64,000 nucleotides of DNA from Gammaproteobacteria bacterium (GCA_035546635.1 DASZWJ010000034.1:70243-134242); one strand, 5' to 3'; counted from the stretch's first letter, positions 28,495 through 37,596 are shown. Notes: a model not told the origin generated them from the letters alone. Numbers and translations: made by a program.

Positions 28495-31044
28495 ATGGCA
28501 AAAAAGGAAAGGGGTGCAAACCAAGCGATGAAATGGGGAAAATCACGCGCATTGCTGGTGATATTTTCCGTGACTATCCTGGTTATTGGCCTTGGGTTTG
28601 CTTTATGGGCATGGAATAAGCGTGTACAGCAACAGTCATTAAGTGCGGTTACTTTAAAAACTGCTCCAACCACGATGCGATCTGTACCAGGTGAAGTCAG
28701 CACCACCCCAGGCTATGAAAAACTGGTACGCCAAGCAAATGTCCAGGAAGCACAAATCGCCATACAAAGACACACCGCAGCGGTGCCAACCCTCACCCGT
28801 GCCGGCGCTACTCCAGGAAATATCAAAATCGCAGAAATGGCTCCTGGCGAGGCGACAAATCCGGGTTGTGATCCCAAAGAACTTGAGCGTGCCCGCAATG
28901 CTGGCGTCAAAGTGGATGAATTACGCTGCAAAGGCTGTAATGCGGATCAATTACATGCCGCAGGGTATTCGGCCGGAGAATTGGTATTGGCTGGTTTTAC
29001 GGCTAAAGATTTAACGGGTGCAGGTTATACCGCCGCAGAACTAAAGGATGCAGGTTTAAGTGCTAAAGAATTGATGACTGAGGCAGGTTTTGGAATAAAT
29101 GATCTGAAAAATGCCGGGTTTACCCCCAGCGATCTGAAAAATATCGGTGGCGTTGATGTGAAAGACCTAAAAGCTGCAGGATATACTGTGGCGCAATTAA
29201 AAGCAGCTGGCTACAGTGCACAAGATTTAAAAGCCGCAGGTGCAACCCTAGATGAATTAAAAAGCGGTGGCTATGGAGCTTCTGATCTCAAAAAAGCAGC
29301 TTATACAGCTTTAGATTTGGCACAAGCAGGTTATGCGCCTGAAGATTTGGTGGCGGGAGGCTTTAGTGACAGTCAAATCGCTGATGCTGGGATTCCTCCA
29401 GATCAAATCAATACCGCAAAATCGCGTGTGTCTGCCTTGCAAAAACTGCTGAAAGAGTGCAATCCTACGGCATTAACTCAGGCCAAAAATGCCGGTGTAA
29501 CCGCCACAGAAGTTAAGCAGCGCTACGCGTGTCCTCCGACTGCTCTAAAATCGGCAGGGTATAGTGTAACCGATTTAAGAGCGGCAGGTTACCCGCCCAA
29601 AGACATCTTGGAGGCGCCTTTTACACCCGTTGAAATGAAAGCCGGTGGATTTGATGCTAAACAACTGAAAGACTTAGGTTATAGCGCCAGTGCGCTTAAA
29701 GCGGCGGGTTTTAGCGTGGGTGATTTAAAACGCGCCAATTTTACCCCAAGTGAGCTGGCTAAAGCGCCTTTTGGAGCGAACGAACTACGTACGGCCGGTT
29801 TAGGTATTGAAGATATGAAAGAGGCTGGGTTTACGCCTGAGGAACTGAAGTTAGCAGGCTATACGGATGGTGATTTATTAAGAGGTGGATTTACCCCCAA
29901 GGAAATAGGTGCGGCCTCGAAAGAAATGACAGCTATGTTAACTGCTGCTAAAGCACCTGTGACCACCAAGCCGCCGGCCATAGTACCGCCAGTGACAACC
30001 GAGCTTCCACCACCAGCTCGATCCCATGTCGCTGTGACTACACCGCCCAGCGCTTTTCCTACAGCAGCTCCGGCGCCGGTTTCCGCTATTCCTACCACCC
30101 CTGCAGTTGAAACAAATCCTGAAGCGGCTTTTGCAGCCTCAGCTGCCGTTTCTTTAACACCACAGGAATCACGGGCGGAAAGGGTATTGGCACAGATTCA
30201 AAAACGTAATGAAAGAGTGTTAAACGCTCAGCAACATGAGGAAGCGCTACGATCCATACAAGCCGGTATGGCAGCACAGGCTAATGATTTATTCAGTACC
30301 TGGAATCCTCCGCCAACCCAACAGGTTGTGCACGGGGTTCAACAAAGACCCACAGCTGTGCCGCAAAATGTCGAAGGTGCAGCCGTCCTGCCGGGGCCAA
30401 CTACATTAGGTGCTTCACCCGCTGCAGTAGCCGCAGCTGAGCAGGGGAATACTTTGAAGGCGGGCACTATCCTGTTTGCAGTATTAGATACAGGAGTTAA
30501 CAGTGATGAACAAAGCCCCATTCTAGCAACTATCATTGGGTCTCAATCGGCTGAAGCTCAAAGGCAGCTTAAAAGCTCTAATATTCAGCTTAAAAATTCT
30601 AAATTATTGGGTCAATTTACCCGGGTTGATAAAAAACTGGTGCTAAATTTTACCACTTTAAGTGTGCCTAACTTGAGTAAAAGCATAGCAGTGAATGCAG
30701 TGGCAATTGATCCTGATACAGCGAGGACGGCTTTGGCCAGCGATGTCAATAATCACTACTTGCTGCGTTATGGCACCTTATTTGCTTCATCATTTCTACA
30801 AGGCTTGGGGACTGCAGTTTCTCAATCGGGCTCAACAGTGGTATTTCAGCCAACAGGTAATACTTTTATTACAAATCCTTCGACTTCAGCTGTACAAAAG
30901 GGCTTGGTTGCTTTAGGGAATGTCGGTACTCAATATGCGGCAACACTGGGGCAGAATTTCCAAAAACCTCCTACAGTGACTCTCAATGCAGGGACAGCCT
31001 TAGGCATTTTGTTGATGGCTGATTTGACTATTCCTCAGTCATAG
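28495..31044 (+). CDS. icmE: Dot/Icm core-complex protein IcmE/DotG (VirB10/TrbI-like C-terminus)
   Basis: ATG 28495 lies after a GAGGGG RBS. It has an N-terminal TM, a long AGY/F-xx-x-LK decapeptide repeat array, a Pro-rich linker and a TrbI-like C-terminal domain (GTILFAVLDTGVNSDE). Confidence 0.9.
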   Translation: MAKKERGANQAMKWGKSRALLVIFSVTILVIGLGFALWAWNKRVQQQSLSAVTLKTAPTTMRSVPGEVSTTPGYEKLVRQANVQEAQIAIQRHTAAVPTLTRAGATPGNIKIAEMAPGEATNPGCDPKELERARNAGVKVDELRCKGCNADQLHAAGYSAGELVLAGFTAKDLTGAGYTAAELKDAGLSAKELMTEAGFGINDLKNAGFTPSDLKNIGGVDVKDLKAAGYTVAQLKAAGYSAQDLKAAGATLDELKSGGYGASDLKKAAYTALDLAQAGYAPEDLVAGGFSDSQIADAGIPPDQINTAKSRVSALQKLLKECNPTALTQAKNAGVTATEVKQRYACPPTALKSAGYSVTDLRAAGYPPKDILEAPFTPVEMKAGGFDAKQLKDLGYSASALKAAGFSVGDLKRANFTPSELAKAPFGANELRTAGLGIEDMKEAGFTPEELKLAGYTDGDLLRGGFTPKEIGAASKEMTAMLTAAKAPVTTKPPAIVPPVTTELPPPARSHVAVTTPPSAFPTAAPAPVSAIPTTPAVETNPEAAFAASAAVSLTPQESRAERVLAQIQKRNERVLNAQQHEEALRSIQAGMAAQANDLFSTWNPPPTQQVVHGVQQRPTAVPQNVEGAAVLPGPTTLGASPAAVAAAEQGNTLKAGTILFAVLDTGVNSDEQSPILATIIGSQSAEAQRQLKSSNIQLKNSKLLGQFTRVDKKLVLNFTTLSVPNLSKSIAVNAVAIDPDTARTALASDVNNHYLLRYGTLFASSFLQGLGTAVSQSGSTVVFQPTGNTFITNPSTSAVQKGLVALGNVGTQYAATLGQNFQKPPTVTLNAGTALGILLMADLTIPQS
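28870..29910 (+). repeat. Coding repeat array (about 10-aa period, paired pentapeptide-like units) within icmE/dotG
   Basis: Reiterated (A/G)G(Y/F)(T/S)xx(E/D)LKx units are split into two blocks. Each block opens with a Cys-containing C(D/N)P..L..A(R/K)NAGV module. Confidence 0.8.
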
Positions 31045-31253
31045 TGCCATTGTTCTTAAAAAGGCTGCTAACTTGCTTAAACTTAAAATGGCAGTTGGAG
31101 CAGCGCGCCCTGTTTTCATAAAATATTCGCAATAAATTTTATTTTTTCAATATAAAATGTTTATCTGAAGATGTGGCAATTTGCCCACAAAATAAAATGC
31201 AGGTTAACTGCCTGTTCTTCACTCCCGGGAGAAAATCCCCCAATACAGTGCTG

Positions 31254-31285
31254 TTAATATTGTCTTAATGTTATACAGGTATCAT
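31254..31285 (+). promoter_or_regulatory. PmrA-type direct-repeat box plus -10 (distal, upstream of icmG)
   Basis: TTAATATT-GT-CTTAATGTT, then 7 nt, then TATCAT. Confidence 0.5.
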
Positions 31286-31434
31286 AACAACATATAAAAA
31301 TGTTGTAACAAATCAATTGGTTATTTTTAAAAAAGTATAAATTAACCACAAAAAATCAGCTAAAAGGACACAAATAATTAGGGTATTGTTACAAGATTTT
31401 TGCTGCTGATTTTAATGAATTTAATAGAATGTTA

Positions 31435-31466
31435 TTAATATTTTCTTAATTTTGAATAGGTAATAT
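31435..31466 (+). promoter_or_regulatory. PmrA-type direct-repeat box plus -10 (proximal, abutting the icmG start)
   Basis: TTAATATT-TT-CTTAATTTT, then 7 nt, then TAATAT. The -10 ends 6 nt before ATG 31473. Confidence 0.55.
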
Positions 31467-31472
31467 ACACCC

Positions 31473-32306
31473 ATGAATGCAAACACATCCGCAGAACATC
31501 CTGATCTGGAGTATGAATATACCGAAGATCAATTAACGGAGAAGCCGGGGACAGAGCCGATCATAGAAAAAGAGTTAGAGGCTCCTAAAGCTAAATCCAG
31601 GTTTTCAAGGAAAAAGATCATTACTGTCGTTGTTGTTTGTGCAATGGTAGGAGCAATTTTTCAGTTTCTTAATAATCGTGATAAAGCAGCTGAAAATGGT
31701 AGCCAGCCAGAAATTGAACAAACGGCTAAGGTAGTTAAAAAAGCAAAACCAGTTGCTGAAAAACCGATCGCTCGACAAAATATCGCAGAGGTGGTGCAAT
31801 CGAAGCCTGCAATAAAGCCACAACTGACTGTGACAAAAGTAGCAGAGCCTGAAATAACTAAGCAGGAGCCAACTGCAATAGAGCAGTTGGAAAAACTACC
31901 TGCACCGGCGACTTCCGTCGCTACTACGCAGTATCAGCCAGAAATTAAGGAGTTACAAACGGGATTGAATACAGTGAATCAATCAGTGAGTGGTTTACAG
32001 CAAACCTTATTGACATTGACAAATTCAGTACAAGCTTTGTCAAATCAGGTAGCACAATTGAGCAAGGAGCAAAAAGCCAAGTCGGTTGCAATGGCACAGG
32101 CAAAACCAGAAGTGAAAGTTCAATACTATTTGAAAGCGATTATCACTGGAAGAGCTTGGATAGAATCAGAAACAGGTGATTTAACGACAGTTAAAGTAGG
32201 AGATGAACTCCCAAGCTATGGCACAATCACGGCAATTGACCCTGAAAATGCGACAGTGACCACTTCAGCGGGCGGCACAATAAAACATGCTCCCAATGAT
32301 AGTTAA
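31473..32306 (+). CDS. icmG: Dot/Icm inner-membrane/periplasmic protein IcmG/DotF
   Basis: 277 aa with an acidic N-terminus, a single TM (IITVVVVCAMVGAIF), a coiled-coil-like middle and a conserved C-terminal domain. Its position after icmE fits. Confidence 0.8.
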   Translation: MNANTSAEHPDLEYEYTEDQLTEKPGTEPIIEKELEAPKAKSRFSRKKIITVVVVCAMVGAIFQFLNNRDKAAENGSQPEIEQTAKVVKKAKPVAEKPIARQNIAEVVQSKPAIKPQLTVTKVAEPEITKQEPTAIEQLEKLPAPATSVATTQYQPEIKELQTGLNTVNQSVSGLQQTLLTLTNSVQALSNQVAQLSKEQKAKSVAMAQAKPEVKVQYYLKAIITGRAWIESETGDLTTVKVGDELPSYGTITAIDPENATVTTSAGGTIKHAPNDS

Positions 32307-32481
32307 TTGGCGCTGTATTTAGCAATGTTGTTTGGTTGCTATTAAGGACGGGTCTGTATATATTTTGATTTTAAGGAATATAGGAGTGAGGACTGAGGGG
32401 ATTCAGTCGGTAATGAAGGATTATAGGTATCTTAAAGATAGCTTTCTGAAAGATAATAGTTTAGTTAGGATTTTACTGAAT

Positions 32482-32520
32482 AGTTATTGATTTTTGCAGA
32501 TGGGGTAAAAATCAATAACT
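32482..32520. promoter_or_regulatory. Perfect 14-bp inverted repeat (agttattgattttt / aaaaatcaataact, 11-nt loop) 50 bp upstream of icmD-like gene 1
   Basis: Exact reverse-complement arms are seen directly. It may be an operator or a weak AT-rich hairpin, and the function is unknown. Confidence 0.4.
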
Positions 32521-32569
32521 CGACAGTAGCGAAACAGGATGTAATTTAAAACATCAAAAGAGGTTAGAA

Positions 32570-32977
32570 ATGAAGTTAATATCATCAAAAACTAAAAAAA
32601 TTCTAGGAACAGCCTTAGCTGCCCTGGGCATTTTTGTAGTCAGTCAGGCAGCTTTAGCTGATGCTCAGAGTCTTGGGACTCTTGCAACTACAGCCACTAG
32701 CAGTTTTAGCGGTCTAGGTAAATTGTTATTTGCTATCTCCTATGTCTGTGGTTTCGGTTTGGCAGTGATTGCGATATTCTTATTTAAGAAACATAGGGAT
32801 AATCCGCAACAGACCGCATTGGGTGTACCTGTTGGTATGCTGGTAATTGGCGTTGGTTTAATATTCTTACCGACCCTATTAGGTTCTGCGGGTATGACAT
32901 TGTTTGGAGCAGACAGACAAGCGTCTGACTTTAGCGGCTCTGGTTATGAGATCAATCTCAGCGACTCGGGTAGTTAA
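32570..32977 (+). CDS. IcmD/DotP-like small inner-membrane protein, paralog 1 (occupies the icmC/dotE position)
   Basis: 135 aa with a signal/TM segment and two TM helices. Its 78-aa core is identical to that of the next gene. It sits between icmG and icmJ. Confidence 0.7.
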   Translation: MKLISSKTKKILGTALAALGIFVVSQAALADAQSLGTLATTATSSFSGLGKLLFAISYVCGFGLAVIAIFLFKKHRDNPQQTALGVPVGMLVIGVGLIFLPTLLGSAGMTLFGADRQASDFSGSGYEINLSDSGS

Positions 32978-33108
32978 TAAAGTATTACTAGGATAAATAT
33001 TTCCAGGGATGGAACCTCCATCTGATATCTACCAATGCGGATGGAAAATAAAAACACAAGGAGTCATTAGCGTTAGGGATTTGGTAAATCAGTCCTATAG
33101 AGGTTAAC

Positions 33109-33513
33109 ATGAAATTAAATATATCGAAAATTAAGAAAGTACTTCTGGGTTTAGGTGTGCTCGGATTTTTTGCAGTCAGTCAGGCAGCACTTGCTGATGC
33201 TAAAGCGCTTGGCGACCTTGCATTGACGGCAACTAGCAGTTTTAGTGGCTTAGGTAAATTGTTATTTGCTATTTCCTATGTTTGTGGTTTCGGATTAGCA
33301 GTTATCGCAATTTTCTTGTTTAAGAAACATAGAGATAATCCGCAGCAGACCGCATTGGGTGTACCTGTTGGTATGCTGGTGATTGGTGTTGGTTTGATAT
33401 TCTTACCGACCCTGTTAGGTTCTGCGGGTATGACGTTGTTTGGAGCAGACAGACAAGCTTCTGACTTTACTGGTTCTGGTTATGAGATCAATCTCAGCGA
33501 TACTTCCAGTTAA
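33109..33513 (+). CDS. icmD: IcmD/DotP-like small inner-membrane protein, paralog 2
   Basis: 134 aa. Size and position directly upstream of icmJ match icmD/dotP. Confidence 0.75.
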   Translation: MKLNISKIKKVLLGLGVLGFFAVSQAALADAKALGDLALTATSSFSGLGKLLFAISYVCGFGLAVIAIFLFKKHRDNPQQTALGVPVGMLVIGVGLIFLPTLLGSAGMTLFGADRQASDFTGSGYEINLSDTSS

Positions 33514-33561
33514 ACGATAGTTAGTCAGAAACTGGTGGAGTATGCGCCAGTTAGTTAATAT

Positions 33562-33611
33562 ATGCCGCTTGTGCTTGAAGATTGATACTAATCTTCAAGC
33601 ACGAGCGGCAT
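33562..33611 (+). terminator. Strong stem-loop downstream of icmD-like gene 2
   Basis: atgccgcttgtgcttgaagatt / aatcttcaagcacgagcggcat form a 22-bp stem with one mismatch. No clear T-run follows. Confidence 0.5.
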
Positions 33612-33678
33612 TATTACGTTCATGGGTCACTTAATATGCACTTTGCAGTTTAGGTGAAAATGGGTATAGCAGAGGAAA

Positions 33679-34302
33679 ATGACTTTGAATCCGCTGACAT
33701 TACATGTTATTCCTGGCGCTTTTCGACTGTTTATTGCCAGAAAGGCCGACAAAGCTTTTGAAGCATTTAGCACAAAAGTGTGGGAAAGAGATGACTACAC
33801 CTGTCAATTTTGTGGGTTTCAGGCGCGGCAATTCCAAGAAGTCATTAACCTTGATACCCAATATCAAAACAATCGGCTGTCTAATTTATCGACGGCTTGT
33901 TGCTTTTGTACACAATGTTTCTTTTTAGAGGCAGTCGGTAAAGGTGACTACGGTGGTGGTACTTTGATTTACTTGCCTGAAATCAGCCAGTCTGATTTAA
34001 ACGGCCTGTGCCATGTCTTATTTTGCGCTATTGCTAATGCGACCGATTACCGCACTGATGCGCAGAATATTTACCGTAACCTGAAGTTACGCTCCAAATA
34101 TGTGGAAGATAAACTGGGTGAGGGGATGAGTAATCCTTCCCTGGTAGGTCAGGCATTGGTGAATGTCCTTGATCCACAAAAACAAGAAGCCATGCCAGAA
34201 TGGCTAAATTCCCTAAGATTATTACCGGCGCGCGCTAAATTCAGCTTACAGATTGAAACCTGGGCTGCCGCTGCGCTGGAAGAATTATCAGCAGAAAGCT
34301 AA
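33679..34302 (+). CDS. icmJ: Dot/Icm coupling-complex protein IcmJ/DotN (Cys-rich zinc-binding)
   Basis: 207 aa with cysteine clusters CQFCGF and CCFCTQC. It lies upstream of icmB. Confidence 0.88.
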   Translation: MTLNPLTLHVIPGAFRLFIARKADKAFEAFSTKVWERDDYTCQFCGFQARQFQEVINLDTQYQNNRLSNLSTACCFCTQCFFLEAVGKGDYGGGTLIYLPEISQSDLNGLCHVLFCAIANATDYRTDAQNIYRNLKLRSKYVEDKLGEGMSNPSLVGQALVNVLDPQKQEAMPEWLNSLRLLPARAKFSLQIETWAAAALEELSAES

Positions 34303-34438
34303 GGCTGTAAGAGAAGTATTGTCATCCTGTGCCTACATCCAGGAGAGCTAGTTATCAGCTAGAATACGAAGTTTAGAATCAGCAATTGTTGCTGAAAACA
34401 GCAAAACCCGCTGTGAATAGATATACGAGATAAAGTAA

Positions 34439-37400
34439 ATGGCAAATATTTTAAGTTCACTTTTAGACACAGTGGATGTGTTTATCGCCTGGGCTTCCTC
34501 ATCGTTAAAACAAACGGTGGAATCCTATTGCGAACTGCAGACCGCGGATAGCAAAAATACGCTAGTCGCACATGATGGCTCGTTGGTCTCGGTACTCAGA
34601 ATCCGCGGCGTGCGCGCCCTGGTTGGAAAAGAAGAGTTTGATCGCATTCAACTAGGTTTACAGCAAGCACTGGCCACCACCATGTCTCGCACCGGACATA
34701 CTCTACAAGTACATTTCACCCATAACAAAGATGACGTAGACCAAAAAATCCGCGAAATCCTGCGTCCAGCCCAAGAAACCAGCAAGCGTTTGGAATTAGA
34801 GCTGGATGATTTATTCAATGAGCGCGTTAAATATTTACAAAAATACTGCGCCCATGAATCTATTTATATGGTGCTCTGGACACGCCCTAATAGCTTAACG
34901 GGTGAGCAGTTGGGACGCGCTAGAAAAGAAAAAATGAAGGCCTTCAAACAAAAAAAAGTGCCAGTATTCCGTTATACCCAAAATTTAATGGCAGCGATTC
35001 CAGATCTGCGTGAAGGGCATGAATCTTTTGTCCGCGCTGTGATGAGTGACTTAAATATGCTGGAAATTGTGACTGACCTTCTAGAAGTGCATCAAGCAGT
35101 CAAAGCCATGCGCATGACCGTCGACCCAGACTTTACCGACCGCGAATGGCTGCCATCATTACCTGGCGATAAAATCAAAGTCAAAGAATCTCAGCAAATG
35201 CGAGGCGATGTCTCTGATGTATTATGGCCATCATTGGCAAGGCAAATACTACCCCGCGATGCAGAAATTCTCGACCTACGCACAGCGCGCATCGGCGATC
35301 GTATCTATTCCTCGGTATTTATCGATTTATTTCCTAAAGATATCCAACAGTTTGCCTCATTATTTGTCAGGGTAGCACAAACCAATACCCCCTGGCGTAT
35401 TTCCTTCTTGATTGAAAGCGGCGGTTTAAGTTCAATGAAGCTCAAAACTGCATTGTCATCGCTGTTGTCATTTAGCTCTGCGCAGAATCGGCTATTAAAT
35501 GATTCTATGGATTTATTACGCTATGTGGACATCAATACCGATGATTCAGTGGTTAAACTGCGAGTCACCGCAACCACTTGGGCGCCTGCCGATGATATGC
35601 GTTTGCTGCGCAATCGAGCGGCGCAGTTAGCTAAAGCCATAGAAAGCTGGGGATCGTGTAATGTCTCCGAAGTATGTGGTGATGCTTTTGCCGGCGTGAC
35701 TTCCAGTATGTTGGGTGTGAGCAGCCATAGTGTCGCTGTGGCCTCTGTGGCGCCACTCTCTGATGTATTGTATATGTTGCCCCTATTTCGACCGTCCTCG
35801 CCTTGGTCAAATGGCGCTATTCTGTTTCGTTCGCCGGATGGTAAACCCTGGCCTTATCAACCAGGTTCCAGTGAGCAGACTACCTGGATTGATATCATGT
35901 ACGCACGGCCGGGTTCTGGTAAATCCGTATTATCTAATGCGATTAATTTGGCATTAGCTTTAGGTCCCGGCATGCAGCGTTTACCACGCATTGCAGTGAT
36001 TGATATTGGTCCTTCCAGTAGCGGGTTAATTTCTCTCTTGAAAGAAGCTTTACCCATAGAGAAAAAGCATTTGGCGGCCTACCATCGACTGCGTATGACG
36101 CCTGAGTATACGATTAATCCATTTGATACCCAGCTGGGTGCGCGTTACCCGACACCACAGGAAAGAAGTTTCTTGGTGAATTTCCTCACCCTGTTGGCAA
36201 CCCCAGTAGGTGCTACCAAAACCTATGATGGTATCTCGGATATGTCGGGATTGATTGTTGATGAGCTTTATAAAAGCTTGGCTGATGATGGTAATCCCCA
36301 TGTTTATACTCCGGGTGCGGAGATGTTTATTGACGGGATTTTGGAAGAAATTGGCTTTGTCAGCGATCCGCATACCACTTGGTGGGAAGTGACGGATGCA
36401 CTGTTCATCGCCGGTTTTACCCATGAAGCATTATTGGCGCAACGCCACGCCGTGCCGGTGATGGCTGATGTGACTTCAATTTGCCGTTCTTCCGCGGTGG
36501 AGGATTTGTTTGGGAAAATTGTTGCTCCAACGGGTGAAACTTTAATCAGCGCCTTTGGTCGTATGATTTCCAGTGCTATCCGTGAATATCCTATCATTGC
36601 ACAAGCAACAAAATTTGATATTGGTGAAGCCAGAATTGTTTCCTTAGATTTAGATGAGGTGGCCAAAAGCGGCGGTGATGCCGCTAACCGTCAGACTGCG
36701 GTGATGTATATGTTGGCGCGTTATGTCTTGGCGCGACATTATTTTTTAACCGAAGAAGACGTTGCCGATATGCCGGAGACTTTTCGTAGTTATCATGAGG
36801 CGCGTGTTTCTGAAATCCGCGAAGATCCTAAGCGTATTGTCTTTGACGAATTCCACCGTACTGCAGGTGTAGAGGCCGTGCGTAATCAGGTGATCCAGGA
36901 TATGCGTGAGGGACGTAAGTGGAAGGTGCAGGTGGCGCTGATTTCTCAGTCTTTAGATGATTTTGATGCAGTGATGGTGGAGTTTGCTACCTCCATCTTT
37001 ATTATGGATGCAGGTCCCGAGCAAGCGATTTTGAAAACCACCAAAGTGTTTGGTCTATCCGACACTGCGCAGCATGCCTTGCGTACGCGCGTACATGGCC
37101 CAAGAGAAGGCGGTTCGACGTTTTTGGCTTTATTCGCCACCAAGCATGGTTTAAACACGCAGTTATTAACCTTAACTTTAGGTCCTGTGGAACTGTGGGC
37201 ATTTAGCACGACCCTGGAAGATGCACAGATTCGTAATAAGCTTTATCGTCGCCTTAACCCGATTGTGGCACGGCGTTTATTGGCTACGCTATTTCCTTCA
37301 GGTTCGGCGATGAAGATGATTGAAAATCGCCTGCTAGCAGTTAAAGAAAGGCACGGTGCGGTGACTGAAGAGCTGAAGATGGGTGTGGTTGATCGGGTGG

Positions 37401-37456
37401 TAGAGGATGTGCTGGAGGCTTATGGTAAAAACCCGGATGTGAAGTTTATTAGCTAG
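34439..37456 (+). CDS. icmB: Dot/Icm ATPase IcmB/DotO (VirB4-like)
   Basis: 1005 aa with Walker A ARPGSGKS and Walker B-like RIVFDEFHR. Confidence 0.92.
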   Translation: MANILSSLLDTVDVFIAWASSSLKQTVESYCELQTADSKNTLVAHDGSLVSVLRIRGVRALVGKEEFDRIQLGLQQALATTMSRTGHTLQVHFTHNKDDVDQKIREILRPAQETSKRLELELDDLFNERVKYLQKYCAHESIYMVLWTRPNSLTGEQLGRARKEKMKAFKQKKVPVFRYTQNLMAAIPDLREGHESFVRAVMSDLNMLEIVTDLLEVHQAVKAMRMTVDPDFTDREWLPSLPGDKIKVKESQQMRGDVSDVLWPSLARQILPRDAEILDLRTARIGDRIYSSVFIDLFPKDIQQFASLFVRVAQTNTPWRISFLIESGGLSSMKLKTALSSLLSFSSAQNRLLNDSMDLLRYVDINTDDSVVKLRVTATTWAPADDMRLLRNRAAQLAKAIESWGSCNVSEVCGDAFAGVTSSMLGVSSHSVAVASVAPLSDVLYMLPLFRPSSPWSNGAILFRSPDGKPWPYQPGSSEQTTWIDIMYARPGSGKSVLSNAINLALALGPGMQRLPRIAVIDIGPSSSGLISLLKEALPIEKKHLAAYHRLRMTPEYTINPFDTQLGARYPTPQERSFLVNFLTLLATPVGATKTYDGISDMSGLIVDELYKSLADDGNPHVYTPGAEMFIDGILEEIGFVSDPHTTWWEVTDALFIAGFTHEALLAQRHAVPVMADVTSICRSSAVEDLFGKIVAPTGETLISAFGRMISSAIREYPIIAQATKFDIGEARIVSLDLDEVAKSGGDAANRQTAVMYMLARYVLARHYFLTEEDVADMPETFRSYHEARVSEIREDPKRIVFDEFHRTAGVEAVRNQVIQDMREGRKWKVQVALISQSLDDFDAVMVEFATSIFIMDAGPEQAILKTTKVFGLSDTAQHALRTRVHGPREGGSTFLALFATKHGLNTQLLTLTLGPVELWAFSTTLEDAQIRNKLYRRLNPIVARRLLATLFPSGSAMKMIENRLLAVKERHGAVTEELKMGVVDRVVEDVLEAYGKNPDVKFIS

Positions 37457-37481
37457 GTATCAAGCGATTGTGCTGCGCCAC

Positions 37482-37596
37482 GGCGAAAGTAGAGGGGAGG
37501 GGCTCAGCAGACACGCTGTGAATACGTCCGTGTACGCTCGACGGATTCATCCATGAATCCGACGGGTCTGCTGAGCCCCTCACCTCTACTTTCGCC
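37482..37596. repeat. 115-bp nested palindromic element between the convergent icmB and xseA
   Basis: The 31-bp arms are ggcgaaagtagaggggaggggctcagcagac / gtctgctgagcccctcacctctactttcgcc. The inner palindrome is ggattcatccatgaatcc. A second, partial copy lies at 1-56. Confidence 0.85.
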
